Origin: Thermodesulfobacteriota bacterium | Lineage (GTDB): Bacteria > Desulfobacterota_D > UBA1144 > Nemesobacterales > JAJCZQ01 | NCBI GenBank assembly: GCA_965215275.1 | Contig: OZ244044.1 | Span: forward strand, 960,001 to 1,024,000 | Length of the DNA stretch: 64,000 nucleotides | Direction: 5' to 3' | Shown: one piece after another, positions 1 through 8,921 of the stretch | How positions within the stretch are numbered: the first letter of the stretch is position 1 | Layout: the number at the start of each line of letters is the position of its first letter | Notes under the pieces: model-generated | What the model saw: only the letters and a program-made list of their open reading frames with translations | Databases searched by the model: none | What the model was told of the DNA's origin: nothing | Position numbers and translations under genes: made by a program

Positions 1-1
1 A

Positions 2-76
2 CCCTTCTGTGAATATCCCGAAGAAATAGAAAGGATAATAAAGGAGAAGTTTTATAATGAACCTGAAAGGATTTGA
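2..76 (+). CDS. C-terminal end of an upstream ORF (partial), possibly the MutL/HATPase-like gene that usually precedes Z1 in Mza-type loci
   Basis: Frame +2 is open from the window edge (PFCEYPEEIERIIKEKFYNEPERI*) and overlaps the Z1 start; identity inferred from context only. Confidence 0.35.
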   Translation, partial: PFCEYPEEIERIIKEKFYNEPERI

Positions 77-2777
77 AGATGCTATTATGATGTATTTTAG
101 GGATCACAATAATGTGTCCCCTTGTGAAATCCGTGAGATTGCTACCTCTTTTTCACCAGTTTTTAAAGTTAGTGAGACAGATATAGAACCCGTCATCAGG
201 AATGTGGAAAGCAAACTGGTCGTTACAATGAGTAAAGGTATTTCACTTGTTGACCAGAATGCAGATCATGATGATGAATGGTACAGAAAGCGTGAGATTG
301 AGTGGAACTACTGGAAGGAGTACGAATTGTACCTGACCGGTTGGAGTCCAAGGGTCATTAGCACTCTTGAAAATGTTACAGAGAGAATTCTCGGACTGCT
401 GAAGGATCCACAGGAAGCATCCGATTGGGACAGACGCGGTCTGGTAATCGGGCACATACAGTCAGGAAAGACAGCAAATTATATAGGTTTAGTATCCAAG
501 GCTGCTGATGCAGGATATAAATTTATCATTGTTATTGCCGGTATTCACAACAATCTAAGAAAGCAGACACAGCATCGTGTAGATGAAGGGTTTGTTGGAA
601 GAAGCATCACTTCAGACAAGAAAAGAAAAGTGGTTGGAGTAGGTAAACTTAATCGCAACAGAAATTATCCTGTCTCTCTTACTACCACAAACAGTGATTT
701 CACTAATAAAATAGCCAGCCAACTTGTTGCTGATCTAAGAGGCTTCAGTCAGCCGGTCGTTGTTGTTATCAAAAAAAACGTGCGAACTCTGAAAAATCTG
801 TATAACTGGCTGAGAGAACTGAACCTCAGAGATTCATCAGGTCAGATCGCAGATATCCCCATGCTGATGATTGATGATGAAGCAGACTACGCCTCTATCA
901 ACACTAAAAAACAAGATATTGACCCTACCAGAACAAACGAGGAAATACGCAGTATTCTGAAACTTTTCAAAAAAAGCTGCTATGTTGGGTATACAGCTAC
1001 GCCGTTTGCTAATATTTTTATCAACCCTGAGTCTTCCGCCGAAATGCTTGGTGACGACCTGTTTCCAAAGGACTTCATCTACTGTCTGGATGTCCCAACT
1101 AACTATTTCGGGCCAAGTAAAGTATTTCTGGATGAAGAATCCGGTAAAAAAATCCTCTGTACCATAAGTGATGCAGAGGACTATATTCCTTTTTCTCATA
1201 AAAAGAACTGGATAATTGAAGAACTGCCACCTTCGATGAAGCAGGCAATCAACTCATTTGTGATCGGAAAAGCTGTCAGAATGCTGCGTGAACAAGGGAA
1301 TGAACACTGCTCCATGATGATTAACGCTTCCAGGTTTGTAAACGTACAAAAACAGATAAAGGAACATGTTTTGTATTATATAAAAAACATGTGTCGTGCT
1401 GTAAAATTCAGTTATAACCTTCCAAATGAAAATAAAATTAAATGTAAGTACCTGGCAGCTCTGAAAAAAATATACGATGAGGAGTTTTCAAATATCAGTG
1501 AAACCTGGTCAGATATACAGAAAACATTAGCTGATGCTACAAGTTCGATCAGAACCTTCCTGATTAACAGTCAGTCAGAAGAATCCTTGGATTATAACTA
1601 CTACAAAGAAAATGGAGAATCTCTGACCGTAATTGCTGTAGGCGGATTGAGTCTATCGCGTGGACTTACGCTGGAAGGTCTGATAGTCAGCTATATGTAC
1701 CGGAATACCAGAATGTATGACACACTAATGCAGATGGGAAGATGGTTTGGGTACCGTGATTCATTTGATAACATCTGCAAAGTTTGGCTGACAGATGAAT
1801 CTCAAGGCTGGTACAGCCATATTGCCGAAGCTACTGAGGAGCTTCGGCAGCAGATAAAACAGATGCAGCGTGACAGATTAACCCCAAAAGATTTTGGTCT
1901 TTATGTTCGTACTCACCCCAATGCTCTTCTTGTAACGGCTCGTAACAAAATGCGATCAGCTACAAAGGTAATATTAGACTTTAATTTTGCCGGAAGACTG
2001 AGGGAAACAGTGATTGTTCCATATGATGAACAAATCACCAAGGATAACCGTGAGATGATTTCTGATCTGTTCAAGAAATTAAGTAAGGACCATCACGAAA
2101 AATTAGAAGAGCGTACAGGGTCCTATTTCTGGAAAGACATAAATTATAAAAATGTCGAAGAATTCCTGATTAAGTTCAAGGTCCATAAAAGCCTCATCAG
2201 AGACCAAGAAGCGGTGTTGGAATACCTGCGTAAAATTGCTGAAAAGTATCCGGATGTTGATGTGGCGTTCATCTCTCTCAAAAATCCAAAAAGTGATTCT
2301 GTTTATATGCAGCTTGATAAAAAAAGAAAATTGTTTTGTCAGAAACGTGCCGTCGGTATTGATAACAAGGGCGAAAGAAAAATTCCTGCTGGGGAAGATG
2401 GTCTATGGATTACAAATACAGGGCGTGTTGCCAGCCGTGGAGCCGAAGATATCGGCTTGACAGACGAACAGGTGCGTGAAGCCGAAGAAGCTAAAGCAAA
2501 AACTGAGACTGGTAATAATATATCAGACCACTTCTACAGGAAGGTCCGATCAAAACCATTGCTTATGATTCACTTACTGACACTTGGTTATAAGAATCCG
2601 GGGGAAGACAAGGAATCTGAAACTCTTCTTGATAAAGTTCCAGCAACTAGTATCAGTTTCCCTTATAATTTCAAAACAGAGGATCATTTAGAATATGTTG
2701 AATGTGTAGTTAATAGGATATGGCTGCAGCAGGATATGTTTGATGACCCTGATGATGAGGATGATTATGACAACTGA
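57..2777 (+). CDS. Z1 domain-containing SF2 helicase-like protein (Mza-like defence system)
   Basis: Walker A-like GHIQSGKT, IDDEAD, YVGYTATPFANIFI, LSRGLTLEGL, YDTLMQMGRWFGYR; followed by DUF4420 and AIPR genes. Confidence 0.9.
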   Translation: MNLKGFEDAIMMYFRDHNNVSPCEIREIATSFSPVFKVSETDIEPVIRNVESKLVVTMSKGISLVDQNADHDDEWYRKREIEWNYWKEYELYLTGWSPRVISTLENVTERILGLLKDPQEASDWDRRGLVIGHIQSGKTANYIGLVSKAADAGYKFIIVIAGIHNNLRKQTQHRVDEGFVGRSITSDKKRKVVGVGKLNRNRNYPVSLTTTNSDFTNKIASQLVADLRGFSQPVVVVIKKNVRTLKNLYNWLRELNLRDSSGQIADIPMLMIDDEADYASINTKKQDIDPTRTNEEIRSILKLFKKSCYVGYTATPFANIFINPESSAEMLGDDLFPKDFIYCLDVPTNYFGPSKVFLDEESGKKILCTISDAEDYIPFSHKKNWIIEELPPSMKQAINSFVIGKAVRMLREQGNEHCSMMINASRFVNVQKQIKEHVLYYIKNMCRAVKFSYNLPNENKIKCKYLAALKKIYDEEFSNISETWSDIQKTLADATSSIRTFLINSQSEESLDYNYYKENGESLTVIAVGGLSLSRGLTLEGLIVSYMYRNTRMYDTLMQMGRWFGYRDSFDNICKVWLTDESQGWYSHIAEATEELRQQIKQMQRDRLTPKDFGLYVRTHPNALLVTARNKMRSATKVILDFNFAGRLRETVIVPYDEQITKDNREMISDLFKKLSKDHHEKLEERTGSYFWKDINYKNVEEFLIKFKVHKSLIRDQEAVLEYLRKIAEKYPDVDVAFISLKNPKSDSVYMQLDKKRKLFCQKRAVGIDNKGERKIPAGEDGLWITNTGRVASRGAEDIGLTDEQVREAEEAKAKTETGNNISDHFYRKVRSKPLLMIHLLTLGYKNPGEDKESETLLDKVPATSISFPYNFKTEDHLEYVECVVNRIWLQQDMFDDPDDEDDYDN

Positions 2778-3747
2778 TACCTCTCCGTGGGAAAAAATTA
2801 ACATTCCACCCAATGAGTTAAACTTGCTTAGGGCATTACCTGATCACCCTCATGACTTTTTCTGGGGAAGAGACTCAGCGGGACATTATCTTCTGGTACT
2901 GAAATGTGAGAAAGCAGATTTCAAAGAAAAATTAGCCGGCAGAAAAATAGTGCTGTCCGGAATCAAGACTGATTTCAGACTAATTCCTGATACAGGTGAA
3001 GCCTTTCTGATGCTTGTTCTCCAGGAAATGGAGAATGCCGATATTTTCTTGACACTCTGCAACGATATCATTCAGAAGACGCAACCTGTAAAAGAAACTG
3101 GCACAGCAATGAACATTCTTTTCACACGTCTTGAGCATTGGCGATTATTCCTAAGCCGTGCCAGAAAAAATACCCTGAGTGACCGTGAGGTGCAGAAGCT
3201 TTTCAGCGAACTGAAGTTCATGGAGAAATGCATTGAACGACAGATCTTTTCTCCTGCGGCAATAATAGAAGGTTGGCAATTGCGGTCAGGTGGTCCTCAT
3301 AGTTTTGTATTAGGTCATTCAGCAGTGGAGATAGAATATGTCACAGGTTCACGAAGTGACTCAGTCCTTATCTCCTCTGAAAATCAGTTGCAGACACATC
3401 TGGAGCATCTCTTTCTGAATGTATTTTTTCTCTCCAGAGATTCGGACTGCACGACAGGTATGTCACTTAATAACACAGTCAGACAGGTGCGAGAGAGATT
3501 TGCCGACAATAATCTTCAGTATATATTTGAAAAACGCCTTATGGAATCTGGATACATTGACATTCCCGAATATGATCTTCCCTGCTTTTTGGTATCTGAA
3601 GTTCGTACTTACCTGGTGGAAAGCAATAAATTTCCATGTATTACCCCGGATATACTGCCTGAAGGCGTAAAAGATGTATTATACAGGATTAGTTTCAGCA
3701 GCATCTCAGACTATCTCTGTAATATTTCTGCAATTGGAGATAAATAA
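2767..3747 (+). CDS. DUF4420 / PD-(D/E)XK-motif family protein (catalytic motif degenerate)
   Basis: Lies between Z1 and AIPR; ISSENQL and GY...EYD motifs; likely start MTTDTSPW at 2767 overlaps the Z1 stop. Confidence 0.8.
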   Translation: MTTDTSPWEKINIPPNELNLLRALPDHPHDFFWGRDSAGHYLLVLKCEKADFKEKLAGRKIVLSGIKTDFRLIPDTGEAFLMLVLQEMENADIFLTLCNDIIQKTQPVKETGTAMNILFTRLEHWRLFLSRARKNTLSDREVQKLFSELKFMEKCIERQIFSPAAIIEGWQLRSGGPHSFVLGHSAVEIEYVTGSRSDSVLISSENQLQTHLEHLFLNVFFLSRDSDCTTGMSLNNTVRQVRERFADNNLQYIFEKRLMESGYIDIPEYDLPCFLVSEVRTYLVESNKFPCITPDILPEGVKDVLYRISFSSISDYLCNISAIGDK

Positions 3748-3752
3748 TAACG

Positions 3753-5813
3753 ATGGACATTGAAGAGTTTTTTCATGATTTCAGACAGGATTTACTGGTA
3801 GATGCTGAAGTAAAACAGGATTTTATGGAAGCGGAGTTTGCTCTGCGAGTTTCGAAAGAACTTGATGAATCAGGAGCTATAGAAGGATTTGAACCATGTC
3901 ACTATAAAGCACAAAGAGGCATGCGAGTTGATGGCTACTGGTTCAATGAAGATGGAAGCATCCTTGATCTTTTCATTGTGGATTTTGCCAACAGGGAAAA
4001 CCTAGAATCTTTGACTCGTACAGACGTTGAGGGAATTTTCAAACGCCTGGAGAATTTCTTCACAGCCAGTGCAGAGAAGGAGCTTTTCTATGATCTGGAA
4101 GAAACGTCGCGTGGTTACGGCTTGGCGAGAGATATTTCCGAACGTGAACACTCTTTAGCAAAAGTTAATTTCTATCTTTTGTCAGAACGCCGGTTGAGTG
4201 AAAAGCTGCAGGCTATTGATGATAAACAGAGAGGAAAAAAGATGTTCACTTATCATGTATGGGATATATCACGTCTGTACAGAGTGGAAACATCCAGAGG
4301 TAAAAAGGAAGAGTTAGTTATCGATTTCAATGAAATGTTTGGTCGAGGTATTCAGTGCCTGCTGGCACACATTGATTCTGCGGATTATGAATCCTATCTT
4401 CTGGTCATGCCGGGTGAAATACTTGGCGATCTGTATGGACGCTATGGCAGCAGACTACTTGAGCAGAACGTACGTTGCTTCCTGCAGGCTCGCGGAAAGG
4501 TTAACAAGGGTATCCGTGCCACAATCATGAACGACCCTGATATGTTCTTCGCCTATAATAATGGAATTACGGCAACGGCTAAAGAAGTGGTGACTGAAAA
4601 ACATGATGATGGCATTTATATCAAGAAGATACGCGACTTGCAGATTGTTAACGGAGGTCAGACTACAGCATCTATTTTCCATACAAACAAAAAGGATAAG
4701 GCTTCGCTGCATAATATTTTTGTGCAGATGAAACTGTCAGTTGTAGATGTTGAAAAAGGTGAAGAGGTTATTCCAAAGATATCGGAATATGCCAATACCC
4801 AGAACAGGGTGAATGCGGCAGACTTCTTCTCTACTCATCCTTTTCATATAAGGATGGAGGAATTCTCCAGAAGGCTGTGGGCACCATCAGAGCAAGGAGC
4901 ACAACGTGAAACGAAATGGTTTTATGAACGTGCCAGAGGTCAGTATGATGATGCACAGTCAAATTTGTCGAAAGCCGAAAAGAAAAAATTCCAGGCGGAA
5001 TATCCAAAAAATAAGAGGTTTACCAAAACAGACTTGGCAAAATTTGAAAATGTATGGGATGAAAAACCAACTTACGTGAATCACGGTGCTCAGAATAATT
5101 TCGCTCATTATGCAAAACGGATCGGTCAGATGTGGAATAAGAATGCTGACCAGTTCAACGAATTTTATTTTAAGCGCGTCATTGCCAGAGCTGTTCTGTT
5201 CCGGAAAACTGAAAGGATGGTGTCTGCACAGCCATGGTATGATGGCGTATACCGTGCAAATGTTGTTGCTTATACGCTGGCTCTTCTTGGAGAATTATGT
5301 TCCAGTAATGGCAAGTCCCTGGATTTTATGAAAATATGGGATAAGCAGGACATCTCCGATACTGTTATGCGGTCTCTTGAAATAACGGCAAAACTTGTTC
5401 ACGACGATATTACAAAACCAATAGCTGATGTATATAGTATATGGAACTGGTGTAGGATGGAGGCCTGCTGGGACCGGCTGCAGACAAAAACAGCAGAACT
5501 GAAATCCATGCTTCCGGCAAAATTCATGGAGGAACTGGTTTCAAAAGAGGAAGTTGATCAGGAAGTTAAATCTGCAGCCAAAGTGCAGAAGATGGAAACA
5601 GGTATTGAAGCACAGAAAAAAGTAATTGATATTTCTGCCAGTAAATGGGAATCAATATTTACTGAAGGTCAGAAAAAACGTATTTTCAGTCCGAAAGAAA
5701 TCAATATTCTGAAGATTGCAACCCTGATCCCTCAGAAAATTCCATCAGAGAAACAATCAGCTGTGCTGCTGGAAGTGCTGAAAAAAGCAGAGGAAGAAGG
5801 AATCACGATATAA
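3753..5813 (+). CDS. AIPR family protein (abortive infection phage resistance)
   Basis: RLLEQNVRCFL, FFAYNNGIT, QIVNGGQTT, ANTQN, WFYERARGQY motifs. Confidence 0.92.
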   Translation: MDIEEFFHDFRQDLLVDAEVKQDFMEAEFALRVSKELDESGAIEGFEPCHYKAQRGMRVDGYWFNEDGSILDLFIVDFANRENLESLTRTDVEGIFKRLENFFTASAEKELFYDLEETSRGYGLARDISEREHSLAKVNFYLLSERRLSEKLQAIDDKQRGKKMFTYHVWDISRLYRVETSRGKKEELVIDFNEMFGRGIQCLLAHIDSADYESYLLVMPGEILGDLYGRYGSRLLEQNVRCFLQARGKVNKGIRATIMNDPDMFFAYNNGITATAKEVVTEKHDDGIYIKKIRDLQIVNGGQTTASIFHTNKKDKASLHNIFVQMKLSVVDVEKGEEVIPKISEYANTQNRVNAADFFSTHPFHIRMEEFSRRLWAPSEQGAQRETKWFYERARGQYDDAQSNLSKAEKKKFQAEYPKNKRFTKTDLAKFENVWDEKPTYVNHGAQNNFAHYAKRIGQMWNKNADQFNEFYFKRVIARAVLFRKTERMVSAQPWYDGVYRANVVAYTLALLGELCSSNGKSLDFMKIWDKQDISDTVMRSLEITAKLVHDDITKPIADVYSIWNWCRMEACWDRLQTKTAELKSMLPAKFMEELVSKEEVDQEVKSAAKVQKMETGIEAQKKVIDISASKWESIFTEGQKKRIFSPKEINILKIATLIPQKIPSEKQSAVLLEVLKKAEEEGITI

Positions 5814-6094
5814 TTCCAAGTTCCGGGTGGTCTTCACATCATATGCTAATAAATGTAACTTAATCAAGCAGAAAAATCTTTCAAATCACCATTGCTCCGT
5901 GACTTTAAAAGTCAGCAGCACGGTTTTTCTGCACAGTTTACAGATTCCTACAGGCATCATCTTACTCTTTAATTATATAATCATTGTCAGTACGATGTAA
6001 TCTGGAGGTCATGTATAAGATTTGCTTAAATACTTTAAGGATAAAAGAAAACAGTTTTCTCGTATTTTAAAAGCCGATATCAAATCTGCACAAA

Positions 6095-6187
6095 TTAAAC
6101 CGATAAGATGAAATAACAACAGGGCATTGAGAAACAGGCCCCCGTTACAAGCCCGACGTACCCTGTACCGATAACAGCGATATTCAT
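6095..6187 (-). pseudogene. ugd: 5' fragment of a UDP-glucose/GDP-mannose dehydrogenase gene
   Basis: Minus strand reads MNIAVIGTGYVGLVTGACFS (typical Ugd Rossmann N-terminus) after a GAGG SD, then unrelated sequence and a stop at codon 31. Confidence 0.75.
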
Positions 6188-6444
6188 ATTTATAACCTCA
6201 AAAAATCTGGAAATTATATACTTATTTACCCGAAGAAGCTAAGTGGTACTATAACACCTTAAGCCCGTGTTGGGAGATATGCGTCCTTATCTACTCCACC
6301 CCACGATGTAAAAATAAAAACTTTTCTGAGAACGTTCTCATAAACATTGTACTGGCATGTTATGCATTATCACACCAGAAAGAAACTCGTACACTTAAAT
6401 ATTTCTCCTTTGCTCGTTGATATAACTAATATAATTCCCAATTT

Positions 6445-7113
6445 TTACTTCAAGAGACCCTTTAGATCATCAATAAACCTGTCAAACATTTTTACTTTAT
6501 CACTGTTCTCAATATCACTTTCATTCAAAACATAGCTTCCATCCGTGTCTGCTTCCACAATTGCACGTCCCTTTTTAGCGGGTTTTCTTATCATCAGTAC
6601 TCCATCCTCGTCAAGTGTAATAAAATAAAACTTTATGTGCCTGGTAAGAGATTGATTTTGCAACTTCATTTTCCAGTATCCCGTTTGGGCAATTCTTTCC
6701 CGAAGCGTTACCTTGACAGAGAGTGCGGCAATGATTTTATTTGTCTTTGGGTCGTAAATAACAATATCAACGTCGGGAAGATGATAACCAAATTCACCAT
6801 AATCGATCAGCAAATTTTTTTTAACCTGTCCGAGATCTTCAGAAAGATTGCTTTTATTTGTTCGTTTCAGAGCATTGCTGTTTATAGCTTTTAATCCTAA
6901 GCCGTGGACCTCATCAGTGATAATGTACTCAATCAGTTTTTCAAGGTTGTTTCCTTTGAAAGATCTCCACGACTGTTCGTGGTCAGTTCCACGAAAATCC
7001 TTTTTGTGCTGCTCCTTGGCTTCTTTGAATACAGTTGAAATCTGTCTGTACGCCTGTGTGCCGTACCTTTTCTTTTTCTTTTTGTAAATTTCGATCAGAT
7101 CATCTATTGTCAT
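6445..7113 (-). CDS. Type II restriction endonuclease, BsaWI family
   Basis: QSWRSFKGNNLE, LPDVD...SVKVTLRERIAQ PD-xK-RER motif; coupled to the upstream MTase (ATGA overlap). Confidence 0.8.
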   Translation of the reverse strand: MTIDDLIEIYKKKKKRYGTQAYRQISTVFKEAKEQHKKDFRGTDHEQSWRSFKGNNLEKLIEYIITDEVHGLGLKAINSNALKRTNKSNLSEDLGQVKKNLLIDYGEFGYHLPDVDIVIYDPKTNKIIAALSVKVTLRERIAQTGYWKMKLQNQSLTRHIKFYFITLDEDGVLMIRKPAKKGRAIVEADTDGSYVLNESDIENSDKVKMFDRFIDDLKGLLK

Positions 7114-8390
7114 ATTTTTTGCATAACTAATATATATTCCGTTGGGTAGGCAAAAACCTTTTTCCTGTCCGTTGCCTTCGCAAAACGACCCGTTGTTTTA
7201 TCCCTTATCGAAGGCAGGTTCTTTGAGGGGATCTTCCGTTTTATAATACCATCAATTCTAAAACCAAGACCTTGTAACTGCTCAACAAAAACCTGAGCAT
7301 TCAGGATCTCCACTCCTTTTAAACTCGTATTACCTATTACGATACAAGTTCGGCCGCCTTTTTTTAATATTCTTTTCATCTCTTCAAAAACCTGGTTCAT
7401 TTCACCAAAATACGTTGAGACTTCCTCAGCCGTTCTTTTGTCTTTCTTCAACAGTTCAGTTTTTATATTCTCTGCAATTTTACTGTTCAAAGTAAGCCCT
7501 TTTTTATTATGGTAGGCAGTGCCAATAAATCTTTTTCTAAAATCACTCAAATCTTTTGTGTATTCAAACCAAAGAGCAGTAAGCTGATGCAGGTCAGCGT
7601 ATTCATACGAAGTAACATAGGGTGGCGATGTAACGATCAAACTGACGGAGTCAGATCCTGCAGGTATTTTTCTCGCGTCCGTACAGTAAACATCGCAAGG
7701 GGTTGTCAGATATTGTCTTTCTTGCAAAAGACTGAAAAAATCAGTATTGCCCCGAAACATAGCTTTGACGTGACGAGAAAAAATAATAAAAGGATCAGCT
7801 GGCTGCTTCTTTAGATCCCTTGTAGGTTTATTGCTTTTCTGAAGCCAAATCGAGCAATTTTTGAGAATATTTGAAAAACCGCAGTAGAAAAAATCCTTTA
7901 TATCCCGGTCTTTTATTTTTGAAATTTCAGAAAAAAGAAAAGCAAGTTTTCTTTTCTGTTCCTGTTTAAACCAGTAATCAATACTCTTGTGTTCTGGTGC
8001 TTTGACTTTTGTATGTTTATCAAAAGAATCTATTTCAGTTCTTAACTTAAAAAATTGTTTTTGAATTTTGATCGGTTCGATCGGAGTTTTTTTTGCTTTT
8101 GTCATCAAGACCGCAACAGGATTTATATCTACTCCAATTGACGACCTGCCCATAATTTTAGATTCAACAAGGGTAGTTCCACAACCGCCGAACGGATCAA
8201 CGACCAAATCACCCTCTTTTGTGTATTTTGCAACAAGACGAGAAACTATCTGGGGAATGAATTTTGCGGGATAGCGGTGATAACCATGAGTAATATAAGC
8301 AGTATCTTTTCTTGTTTTATCGGCAAAGGCCCAAGAAGGTTTAACTCTGGATTTCTCAAATAAATTTAATATATCTTGTTTTTGTGACAT
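7110..8390 (-). CDS. N4-cytosine DNA methyltransferase
   Basis: HGYHRYPAKFIPQ, DPFGGCGTT (motif I), TSPPY (motif IV). Confidence 0.88.
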   Translation of the reverse strand: MSQKQDILNLFEKSRVKPSWAFADKTRKDTAYITHGYHRYPAKFIPQIVSRLVAKYTKEGDLVVDPFGGCGTTLVESKIMGRSSIGVDINPVAVLMTKAKKTPIEPIKIQKQFFKLRTEIDSFDKHTKVKAPEHKSIDYWFKQEQKRKLAFLFSEISKIKDRDIKDFFYCGFSNILKNCSIWLQKSNKPTRDLKKQPADPFIIFSRHVKAMFRGNTDFFSLLQERQYLTTPCDVYCTDARKIPAGSDSVSLIVTSPPYVTSYEYADLHQLTALWFEYTKDLSDFRKRFIGTAYHNKKGLTLNSKIAENIKTELLKKDKRTAEEVSTYFGEMNQVFEEMKRILKKGGRTCIVIGNTSLKGVEILNAQVFVEQLQGLGFRIDGIIKRKIPSKNLPSIRDKTTGRFAKATDRKKVFAYPTEYILVMQKI

Positions 8391-8549
8391 ACGTTTATTA
8401 TTTGAGCTGCAAAAATGGCAAAGCAGAACAAGTTTGTGAAGTATATTGAGATGAAACTAAAGTCAACTGACCACCAGTACTTCCAGTCTTGTAAGTTAAC
8501 TGATCTGAAAATTCGTCTAAATCCTTATCCCATGAACTACTTATTACTC

Positions 8550-8579
8550 TTGACATATCGTTAATAACGATACTATAAA
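8550..8579 (+). promoter_or_regulatory. Sigma70-type promoter with a palindromic operator in the spacer
   Basis: TTGACA (8550-8555), perfect inverted repeat TATCGTTA-A-TAACGATA (8556-8572), TATAAA (8574-8579). Confidence 0.55.
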
Positions 8580-8921
8580 TTCACAGGTTTAGCAAGCCAT
8601 CTGCTTACTGGTCTCGGCAACACTATATGTAATCCCCCCCCCCAAAAAAATTTTTTGAAAAAGTACATAAACAAAGAAGAAAGAAAAAACCATACAAGAA
8701 ACAAGCCTTTTGGACATTACTTTCGTGGTTTTACAGTTAATGGGAAAATAATCGTATAAAACTTTTGCCAATTTTGTTTTAGGTCATAATGTTTAACATA
8801 CTAATTGTTATACTTTATAGCGTGTAGTTATAAGGAATCTTTTGATAACTTATTTAAGGGAAATACAAAAATAGTTATATGAAAGTATATATAAAAAGAG
8901 AAAGAAATAAGAGAACAGAAA

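Noticed and set aside
6209..6439. Possible 231-bp MITE bounded by GG(A/G)AATTATAT ends, with a 14-bp palindrome TGAGAACGTTCTCA at 6327-6340
   Set aside because: The ends match over only about 11 bp in AT-rich DNA and there is no target-site duplication; the palindrome has no associated gene.
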